Position numbers and translations under genes: made by a program | Assembly (NCBI GenBank): GCA_973895155.1 | Contig: OZ316893.1 | Location: 17,366,770 to 17,430,769 of the forward strand | Source: Marsupella aquatica | Lineage: Eukaryota; Plantae; Marchantiophyta | Direction of reading: 5' to 3' | DNA length: 64,000 bases | The notes under the pieces: generated by a model | Database searches by the model: none | Told to the model about the DNA's origin: nothing | What the model saw: only the letters and a program-made list of their open reading frames with translations | Part shown: piece by piece, positions 38,889 through 49,020 of the stretch | How positions within the stretch are numbered: position 1 is the stretch's first letter | Layout: every line of letters starts with the position of its first letter

Positions 38889-39567
38889 TCAAAGCCAAGA
38901 AATGTGATCTCTCATGGGAGTGTGCAAAGTAGGATCTATGGCATGGCGATGACAATAGAAGATCCATCGATCAACACCATGTGCAGAGTGATGATAGATG
39001 TGTCTGTCACAAGCATAGCCTTCTGCTTGACGCTCCTTCAAACAATGAAAGTGCCACATGGTGGGACACCTAACACAGTGGACTATGTCCACCCAGAAAT
39101 CTTCATCGTGCTAACCACATGCCTTGCACTTATGAAGTGGGCAAGCTGTGGCAAGATCGGGCAAACATGAAAAACAAAAGAACCTCACAATATCTGTCAA
39201 GGCATTTCCTAACAAGTGGTGGAGCATCAACAGAGCCCTCATAAGACCCCAACATCCCACACTCTGCACACTTAGCTTGCTTCTCCAAACAATCAGTGCA
39301 CATCCAGCCTCCCTGGTGTGCTGACGGGAGGCCCACCCCTGGACAGTTGTTTTCTATAGCAAGGTCAAACTCCGGGTTGAGGTGGAAATGCCTCATCCAA
39401 GGGCCCTCACATATGGCTAAGCCCCCACCATCGTCACAAATGGCACAACAATGAGCTGCCTTCTGGAAAATCTGACGTGCGGAGAAGTTACTACCATCTG
39501 GCCCAACTACACCTGTGTTGCTCACCTCTGTCCCCCGCTTCTTGGCTCGGATTTTAGGGCGTGCCAT
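38889..39567 (-). pseudogene. EDM2-type PHD-finger cluster cargo gene
   Basis: CAICDDGGGLAICEGPWMRHFH..C..WMCTDC..KCAECGMLGS..C..C; after a 1-nt frameshift (~39185) FFCFSC..ACPLHKCKACG*..CVRCPTMWHFHCL..IFYCHRHAIDPTLHTPMRDHI, which follows the EDM2 PHD region and its ID..L.TP.RDH tail; TAG at 39111-39113. Confidence 0.82.
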
Positions 39568-40238
39568 GCCTACGCATGAGATAGATAGTACAATTTAGCA
39601 GAGTGCAGAGACAATACGATTTAGCAGTGTACAAAAAGTACAGTGTAGCATATAGACTAGAGTGGCAATTGCTACTGCAATGAAATGTTCACACACAGAT
39701 ACAGAGTAGACATACTTTTTGGTTTGTTGAGCCCACACTGAAAACTGATCCCCTAGTACAATAGCTCCACCTACACCTCAATTTTGTGGCTATGATTCAC
39801 CAAAGGAGATTTGCAGCAAGATTTAATGCATTTGAATCACATACAATAGTCGTGACATGTAAAACAGACTTTTTTGGAACAGGATTGGTATCAAGCAGTG
39901 TGATCAGGGTTGTAATTTATACATCCTAAATAGGCTATGATAGTGAATGAGACAAATAAGTTAGGCATAAATCACTTTTTCCATGTTATCACATGGCCCA
40001 TTAATTCCAATCTTTGAAAGGAGACTTTTAAGTGAGCTTGCTAGCCTCTTAAATTAGGATATATATTCTACTTAGTGTAGCCATAAGAGGATAAGTTATG
40101 TACTGTTGACCCTAAACCCTGGACCCAAAATTGCTCAAAATTCAAAATTTTAAGTAAATATCCTCTCTGTTCAAGTCAAAGTGTTAAGTTATAGGTCAAT
40201 GGTCTGTGGTCTATGCATGCAGTGTGACAAGTGGTCCT

Positions 40239-40688
40239 CTAGAGCGTGTGATCCAAACATGTGTAGACACCAAAGTCACCGGTGGTGGGGTCTGGGAGGG
40301 CAGGACAAGTGACATCGCCAGGCACACTACAGGATGGCGAGTGGTTCCAGATGATACATTGTGCTCTGTGCAAAAACCAACATCCAAGAGAACGGTCATC
40401 CAACTCTGGGCCAGAAACCCTACAGGCAGGACAGTCATATTGGCAACTATGCACACACCCTTGGCACCTAATTTGTGGTGGGTCATGTACAAGAGACAGG
40501 AATACCAAGGATGTCGGGAAGGGTACTGAAGCAGGTAGAGGCCGGCTGTAGTTGTTCCTAGCAACAACAGGGTACTCAAAGTACCATGCAGACTGGGCTG
40601 GAAGGATCCCAAGTCTGACATACTCAAGGTGCAACATCTCTTCCTTGCGTGCAAGTTGCACATGTTCAGCATTGCGGGTCCTCACCAT
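40239..40688 (-). CDS. Cys/His-rich protein of unknown function (probable cargo gene)
   Basis: Open 149-aa frame with CQGC..CPAC..C..H..C..H..C..C..C..H; same strand as the other cargo genes; no family recognised. Confidence 0.45.
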   Translation of the reverse strand: MVRTRNAEHVQLARKEEMLHLEYVRLGILPAQSAWYFEYPVVARNNYSRPLPASVPFPTSLVFLSLVHDPPQIRCQGCVHSCQYDCPACRVSGPELDDRSLGCWFLHRAQCIIWNHSPSCSVPGDVTCPALPDPTTGDFGVYTCLDHTL

Positions 40689-42502
40689 AAGTGTTGCTTT
40701 TGTGGAGATGTCCTGTGTTCATGTCCTCTGATGAGCACCTTCAATCAGCAAGGTGAGCAGGAGCTGTATTTGCCTCACCAACAGCAACCAACCTTAAATT
40801 ATCAGTTCCCACTCACTGTGTCATTCCCCTGGTTCCAACTAGAGGTCACAGTATAAACATAGCATGAAACAGTCCTAATCAACTTGCTTACAAACTACAA
40901 TATCCAGAAAGAGTGAAAGTCTCACCCTGCAGTGAGCAACAGAGACGTAGTTCACTGGATGTGTTGATATGCAGTTAAACCTCCACTATTGCTTACTTCC
41001 AGTGTATGCTGCTCAGAAGAAGACATCTTAGTAGCAAAAAATGTAGTCTTACTAATACTTCACCTTCTGACTGAATTCTAGAGGAGAGTTGAATTGCCAA
41101 TTATAGCAGGATGAGAATGAGTGTGAGAAAAATGCCGACACCATAGGCAAACAATGAAAAAGTAACAGGGTTGGGCAACGTACTCCACCTACCACCCTGC
41201 ACTTAGGCCGCCAACCAGCACTTGGTGTAGCGGCCTGAACTTTCACGGTCAAACGTACACTTGGACAATTAAAACATATAAACTTTCGCTAGGAAACTTT
41301 GATCAGTCTAGGGAGGGGATAAATGCTCTCAGTTCATATTGAGGCTCAATTTTTGTTTCAGTTGATTGGAATGATGGCAGAATGCCTTATTCACTTTGCT
41401 GAAATTCAGCAGGTCAAAGCAACAGTTGCAATGAAGGACACTATGTACATAGACACAATTAAGACAAGAATACTTCAATCTATACTGGAATCCAGGTTGC
41501 ACAACTTACCAGGAAAAAGGGGCAGTTGGAGCAGGAGCTCTGCAACAAAGGCACCACCACAAAGAATGCTAAAAGATGTCAACCGCCCATAGTTGAAGGT
41601 AAACACTGTGAGCTTTTGAAAACAGACAAGGCATGAGGGATTCATCCAATGTCCCACTTCAAGGCAAGACAAAACTATTCATCCATCACAGCAGTGCTCC
41701 ACAGGAATGAAACCAAGCAAAATTTGGTGACCTCGGCCGATGACAAGGCCAATGTAGTTCACAATCCTTGACCGATCAGGATATGGATTGGAATTACAAT
41801 TAGTCAGCTCTTCTTCTTTGTTTTCTAACTCTGGGGCAAATGAGCATGACCAGGGAATTCTCTGAGAAATAGAAATGCACAGGGAAAATGAAATTGGCTC
41901 ATTGAGTTGCGCAAGACCGACCACTGCAGCATACTTGGACAGTTGTTCCGCAAACCATAAAATACCCTGACTTACATGCAATCTGTACACAACTTCTGTT
42001 GGCTGTCCTGCATCACGGCAGTGGCGTTGGGACAAGGTAAGTGAATATTGCCATAGCTGAAGCACATTGAGCGTGCAGCAAGAAGTGAAGGAGCATGGCC
42101 GAAAGCAGAAAAGAAAGACAGACAGGTTTTACAAGAAGAAAACTAACAACCGCCAATCTGCTCAAATCCGTTGCACAGATCAAACCCTTTGAACTACACA
42201 GCCCTCCTTTGAAAACAATCCAATGTGCTTTGGCTGGTGGATGACAAGGACTGGGAGAAGAGGAAACGTCTGAACAATCAATCCAAATGACGGGACACAG
42301 AGACCAGGCACAGAGAGGATTTGTGCTTAGACAAAAACCACAAATTGTAGCATGGGCACCATAGCATGGGCGCCATAGCATTGGGCGGCAACGGGAAGAA
42401 TTACATCAAATGAGTGGACAAAGAATGAACAGTCCGGTTATAGGCAAACGGCGACTGATGCCCTGATGCAATGAAACATGCATTGACATAGCGAAGGGAC
42501 AT

Positions 42503-43160
42503 AAAAACTACATAAGCCAACTTATTGACCCTTTAAGGCCCACAATTTCAAGGGGAGGGACAAAGACAGCAATAACAGACACAAAGACAAAGCTGTACTC
42601 TGTCAATTGAGTAGGCAAGTGGGTGGGTGAAGATCAACAACCAATGTAGCAGCGCAGCCAGAGTAGCAACAAAGAAGCAACTTGCCCTCAGTCTCCTATT
42701 TTGCAAGCAGATTGTGCTCGCCCTTAATCTCCTATTCTGCAAGCAGCTCACGCTCGTCCCTCTTGTTCTGCAAGCAGGTCATTCTTGTCGGTGATGGTGC
42801 AAGCTGTCCTCCTAAACTCTGAAACCCAAAATGAATGTCAAGACCAAGCACCTCCAATCTGTTCGATCCCTTCTGCAAGCAGCCGAGCGGCAGACGACAA
42901 TGTAGGGATCAAGAACCAAGTGCAAGGCGGACATTGCACAAAATGAGGAACGGGGGCAGAGACAAAATCTACCAAAATCTACTTCCTGGGGTCCAGCCCA
43001 CGGATCAGCTGAAAGATGCGCGAAGGGGAGAAAAACTACATAAGCCAACTGACCTTTTTAAGGCCCACAATTTCAAGGGGAGGGAAAAAGAGACAAAGTT
43101 GTACTCACTAGATTGAGTAGGCAAGTGGGTGGACGAAGATCAACAACCGCAATAGCAGCA
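42503..43160. repeat. ~140-bp direct repeat spaced ~530 bp apart
   Basis: AAAAACTACATAAGCCAAC..TAAGGCCCACAATTTCAAGGGGAGGG..ATTGAGTAGGCAAGTGGGTGG..AAGATCAACAACC at ~42503 and ~43031. Confidence 0.85.
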
Positions 43161-43449
43161 AAGCCAGAGAGGAAACAAAGGGGAAATTTGAGCAAAGGTA
43201 AGCGACACCGACAACTCACCCTCCGCCTCACCCTCCGTCTCACCCTCCCAGCTCCAAAGTTGCAAGAGCAAGCAGTCAAACACACTGAAACAAAGCGGGT
43301 GGCAGTTTCAGTATCTCAGGCAATGCAAAATTAATCCATACTTAATCAGCCCTGGTCGCATGTTCCTTCAAAGCCCCTCATACTAGCAAGCAGGTCTGGC
43401 CTGTGAATCTTGTAGTGCTTAACGATACAAAGCCTTCCCAAGTACCAAT

Positions 43450-46400
43450 TGTAGTATTGCATTAAGGACATAAATCAGCATTTAATGCCCAAAACTCGGT
43501 ATTCGTTCCCATGGAAGAACATGTTGGGAATGGTTTTCTATCAATTAACACTTATGAATGACTAAGGTGTTGAAAACACAAAAGTGAGCCTTTTACTATG
43601 GATGCTCAGCAAGGCATAGATTTAAATGTTTGCTTAACATTATAAATACGATTAACAAAATGGAATAAATTAACAAAACACAAGAAAATCTTGAGGTATG
43701 ATGAGGGAATTTGGAATAGACCAAGGTAACTCCTCAACAACACTTAATTTGTGATGATTTAAGGTGATAAATCCGTAAGAACATTTCTGGAATGAAATAC
43801 TTTACTAGGATAATTATTAAAATGCCGTCAACATATCTTAACCTTTCCTTCCAAGGTACTCAGTTAGGATTAATAACCAATCACTTCAGCATCCAGTCGG
43901 TACTCCGAGTCACGAATAATGAACACCATCATCGTCAAACTAAAGTCATAGGTAATTGGTCAATAACATTCTTTGCATCCCGTGCGAAAGCAATGTCATG
44001 CCAAAAACTTATGCATCAAGAACTTAGGAATGTATAGCCTTCACCAATTAAGGAATCTATCTCCATACATTCAAAAGATTTCATCATTTCACAAGGTTTT
44101 ACTTCTCTGGTTTGATCTCCAACATTCAAACACAAGGAAGGGGGAAGAATTCCTTTGTATTAATCACTCATGCAAATACAGAGTTTCTCTCTACAAAGTG
44201 AAGCCTTGTCATGCTGCAAATTTGCAACATAGTGCTTACATAATTCTTTCACATTTCAAATGACATAAATTCTACTTTATATAGGCTGGTAGAAACCCAA
44301 GGAGAGAGAAAATGAAAGGACATGCCCTTTCATGCCTCAAGGGTTCTTGAACTAAAGTAAAAATAACAAAGGTGTGCTATAGTAGTACCTAAGGGTCACA
44401 TGAGGGTTCCTGGTATATAAAACTAACCAAAAGGTATTGCAAATGTGAACTAATGTAAAAGTGACATTACGGTAAAACTAATGAATAGTGGCTTTGTCCT
44501 AATTTTAGTTTCTAAACCAAATATCAGTTTGAGATGAAACATTCCCAGAGTATTCTCTTAGGTATAGTCTTCATGCTGGTAAAATCTCAGACTTTTCTGA
44601 GGTGTTTAGGTACTTCAATAAAATACCAAAAAGTACCGGAAATAAAGAACTATAGAAAATCGAAAAAAATTCTAAGTGTTTAAGGCATAAACACGTATAC
44701 ACGTAAACCCGTAAAAGCGTAAACTCGTAAAATCGTAAAATCGTAAAGACGTAATCGCGGTGCAGCAAAAACTTAGCAGATTCAAACATTTTTAACTTCC
44801 TAGCTATAAGTCGGCTTGAGCTGAAACTTTCAAGGATGATTCTACTGCATAATGACTACCTCCTGAAAAAGTGTGAAACTTTTCTGACCATGAGAACTAT
44901 TTAACTAAAATATCAGAGATCGGCTGATCGTGGTAATTGCACACACAGCTCATTTTTGATGAAGTGCTTTGGAGTCCGGCTCTTGAATCTTCTAGTCTGC
45001 ATTGCTTCTCCAATGATGTCCAGTCTTCTTTCTTGGTAGCATGCAAAGAGCAAGGATTTATATGGCGATCCTTGTCCAATAGAGGCAATAGCCTCCGATG
45101 AAGCATAACATCAGGTAAAATGTTCAGTTGATCTAAATTGTTACAAAAGGTAGCTATATTACACCTTTGAGCTAGAAAAAGTTCAAAATTCATAAATTTT
45201 CCATCATTTCCAACTAATCTTACTGCAAATCGATCTTCTTTCCGGATTTTCCCTCAGCGCTTTATCTTCTTTTATCGTTCGTTCAATCTGACATTGTTTT
45301 CTTTCTTTGCCAGTTTTGCACTGTCGCTTCTCTGCTCTTCTCAGATCGCATTTCTCATTGTAGTTCTGTTTCCAGCACCAGCTCCTCTCTCACATCCGCC
45401 ATAGTCTTCGACTCTTCACTTGAAAATTTCCTCTTTTCACAATCATGTTGTCCTGCGCTGTTTCTCTCTCCAAAAGAATCTCAATAATGCTCTTCTGGAG
45501 TACCCATTTCAGACATGTTCTAGTTCTTCAAAAGAAAACATCAACAGCGAAAATCAATGCAGCTCCAATTCCTTCTCAGCTCTCAGCATCTCGCCTGCTC
45601 CGCCTTTTGTCTGCACCGCTTTCTACAGCTACAACAAAAATGAATGATTTTCTCCCAAGCCCGAGCTCCTTAGCTCTTTTCTATTTGTCTTGCTCACTGG
45701 TTCTCTTTGCCTTCACCATAGCCCTGATTCTTCACGACCAATCTTCCCCTATTCCCCAAAAAACGACTACGGCTATTCACACTCGCGAATTTCATCAGAA
45801 CTTTCTCCTCTTCCAGTGACATTTTTCCGAATTCCATTCATGATCCGTTCTCGTTTCCTACCACCCTCCAGTCCTTCACTGCTCATCCACAAGTTCAAAA
45901 GTTATCTCTCACCCATGTTCGCATCACGCAACCACCACAATCAAGCACACCAAATCTCCAAGTTCTCCTCGACTGCCTCTGGACGCCCTTCTTTTCTCAG
46001 TTCCACACTCCATCCCGTTCGATCTTACGTCCTCTATCCTTAGCCTCAGATGATCACTTCAACACGATCACAGCCTCCCGAAACAACTGATCGACTTTGC
46101 TGTAATTTCATTTCCCACATTTGAACACCTTCTCTGTCCTTAAGCTATCGGTTATTCATTTTTGCCATCTCATCAAAACAGGAGCTTGTCAACACCATTA
46201 CCCTTCGCTTCCGCCACACCTGCTTTGCCCTATATATTAACCCAGAAAATTTCCAACAGCATCCACGACTACCAAGCTCCGAATTCCTTATCGGACCTTA
46301 GCCTTCTCCCAAGATCCAAAATCACAGCGCACCACACTCTTCGGCCTATCCCCTCTCTTCTTTTCCTCTGAACTCCCTGGCGCACACACATCACTCACAA

Positions 46401-46962
46401 CCCATCTCCACAGCTCCTTTGATCTGCCGTTTTTCTTTCCTTCACTTTATTCCAATGCTCGCCATCGCCCACCTTCCAATTCCTCTTTTCTGCTGAAGTT
46501 TAACTTTCACCATGTTTCCATGAACATCCCTTCATTCTATGGCCGACCCTCATCACTCACTCCTTCCACTGTAACGATCACCTCCGTTACTTCCATAGCA
46601 GTCGCGACCAGACGAGTAATGACCACGCGCCTCCGCCACTCGAAAAAAAATTCTCCAGATCTCCACACACAACGACCATCATCCTCGGCTGAATCTCACT
46701 CAATCACCCTGAGCTCTCTAGCGCGCCCACTTCCCGAGAATTTTTCTAACTCCCTCTGCGTGTCTAACTGCTATCTCCAACATGTCCTTATGAATTCGAA
46801 TACTCCCAGGCCGCCACATGTCACTTCCACATTAAATGCCTCAATTTCCTTAAGCCTAAGCTTCAACTTTCACCCTTTTATTCCTCTTTTGTCTCAATAA
46901 CCTTCATCTCAAGTTCAGTTTCCTCTTTGTTTCTTTCTTTCACAAAACAGAGAAATATTACA
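43450..46962. mobile_element. Possible degenerate long LTR nested in the CACTA
   Basis: TGTAGTAT ... ATATTACA inverted ends, non-coding LTR-like composition, CGTAAA micro-repeats ~44690-44750, minus-strand CTATATAAA ~44277; no matching TSD. Confidence 0.35.
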
Positions 46963-47414
46963 TTCCGAGCCGGTCAAAAGTAAGTCGACTAGATCCAGCA
47001 CACTCCACTTCAATTGTCAAACATTTTTCCCGACGACACCGGTGGGTAATATGTGGGGTTTCAATGAACAATGGGCCAGTTTGAGAATGATTAAGAAGCG
47101 CGCACCCCACGTTCTTGGGTGGTGGTTGGGTGGGGTTTTGTTTGATAGAAGAAGAAATCACCATTCTCTTCTGGAAGAAAGAAAATCGCAGGAAACAGTG
47201 GGCGGGAGAACAAGGCATGTAATAGAGAACAACAAGGCATGTAATAGAGTACTTGTGGTTACTCTAACGGTGCACGAACACTCACCTTTGTCTTCCGCTT
47301 TGTCTGCTGTGGCTAACAAATCCCAGAGCGCTGCCGAGCTCGGTGGTTGCTCGATGGTTGAAAGTGCGCAGCTCACGTCCCTACCTCAATGTTCAACTCA
47401 ATGTGGGATGCAAC

Positions 47415-47492
47415 AGCTCCTCTTGGTCGCATCTCCTCTTGGTTGCATCTCCTCTTGGTCGCATCTCCTCTTGGTCACAACTCCTCTTGGTT
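47415..47492. repeat. 16-bp microrepeat CTCCTCTTGGTCGCAT x5
   Basis: Direct inspection. Confidence 0.85.
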
Positions 47493-48819
47493 CACAGCTA
47501 GCGCGCAGCAGCGCTCGATGGTTGACAATGCGCAGCTGAGCTAGGAGAAGAACTGAATGACTGTGGCTGCTTTTCTCTACTGCCGAAGCACTCGGCTGGC
47601 AGCTCTGCAAACATTGATCGTAGCTGCAATCTCTACTCCATTGATTGAAGAGCCTCCCTCTTCAAAGCTTGGTTGACCTAGCTCTACGATTGATGGAGCT
47701 TGTCATCCTCTGCATCAAAAACCCTCCACCACCCGACCTTGCACGTTACACAAAGCTCCTTACCACCAAGCGCTTCTCAGGGATGCCTCGCAACAATGTC
47801 CTTACCACCTAACGACTCTCAAGGCTGACTCACCCAAACCAATGCAAACCCCTTGCAATCTAATACACTGTGTCCAAACAGAGGCAAAACTGTCAAAAGC
47901 GCTCGCAGTAGTGGATGCAAAAATGTGAAGTGAATGAGCTCCGACCTTCCCTCGCAAAATGCTTACCCTAAACTCTGCTTGTATGCTAAACTCACAAACA
48001 TGAAGCAGGTCGTTCTGTTGCAAAGCACAAATGATGGGTCCCAAACGCTTGGGGTGCGGACACTCAATAGTTCCCTTCACAAAAACGGAGTTTGATACGA
48101 TGACCAAGGCATACTCACCCTAACCCAAGACTTAGTGCAAACAGGACCCTAAACGCTAATCAAGGGCCCGTTTCCGTTGAGTTGAGCTGTTAGGCTTGAT
48201 AAGTCCTGGCTAGAGTCTTCATGTAGGGGAACAATGTGGACTTAATTAGGCAACAAATGAGTACATTTGGGTGAGGGTAAAGGATAATTTTAAATAAATC
48301 CCTCTCTGTTCAAGTATGGGGCCACTTAATCAGTTGTGCCCCACCCTAACCCCCCCTCCGGGCCCCCCTCATGGAATTACCTCTATCAAAAGTACCCTAA
48401 GTTATGAAAAGTACCCGTTACATGGATCTTTACGGTGCAATGTTAGTTAACGTTGGTGATATATACAAGGCATGTTCCTTAAGCACTGCGGCCAAAATGT
48501 AGCACGTCAACCGGTCCTTTTGAAGTACACTCTTATGATGAACCCTTGTAAGACTATCGAGTGTCCTAGTCTTTGTGTGGACCTTTATTGTGGATTCCAA
48601 GAATAAAATCCATGATATATGTGTAGAGTGTTCACCCTTCACAAAATAGCAAGTACACTTTTCATAGTCTTTAACTAAACCGGGAAACATTCAAAGTCTT
48701 TTATAGTCTTTAAGAAAACCTTGGCAATGGATGCGAGTCGTTTAAAGTATGGAAGAAGGACTTAGTGGGCTTAGTCCTATAAGGTATGGTCTAAATTGCC
48801 CCGGTTTCTACTAGTGGCA

Positions 48820-49020
48820 CCAGCTATTTGGGTGGGGAAGGACAAAAAGCGGAAGCCTTCTGGGTCAGGGAGCCACACCATTTGCCAGGCCACTGTGGCT
48901 GAGGTAGAGAGCATGGCACCAGCCTTATGCGAGGTTGTGGCCGTCAAGGAAGCAGTCCGAGAGGTAGGCCAAGAGGACCAGTTAAGGGAGGCCATGACAG
49001 GCACCAACCCAAGGTTGTGA
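48820..49020 (+). pseudogene. 3' end of the gene interrupted by the CACTA element
   Basis: PAIWVGKDKKRK..TNPRL* continues in frame from ..EETDKGKA at 24669. Confidence 0.85.

Larger units (their letters stand above)
24670..48816 (-). mobile_element. Complete CACTA/EnSpm DNA transposon, 24,147 bp including nested insertions
   Basis: 18-bp perfect TIRs CACTAGTAGAAACCGGGG at 24670 and its reverse complement ending 48816; 3-bp TSD GCA (24667-24669, 48817-48819); AGTC(G/T)TT subterminal motifs at both ends; removal restores the interrupted frame DKGKAPAIW. Confidence 0.97.

Noticed and set aside
41050-43330. Additional cargo genes in the CACTA
   Set aside because: Short ORFs on both strands with no recognisable motif and many stops; cannot be supported, though a decayed gene is possible
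43405-43417. TTGTAGTG as a CACTA right end
   Set aside because: No partner TIR, TSD or subterminal repeats; the true end is at 48816
44897-48107. Ser/Leu/Pro-rich ORFs
   Set aside because: Low-complexity pyrimidine-rich non-coding sequence; no domains
46963-48177. Insertion bounded by TTCCG direct repeats
   Set aside because: No TG..CA or inverted termini; a 5-bp match is expected by chance
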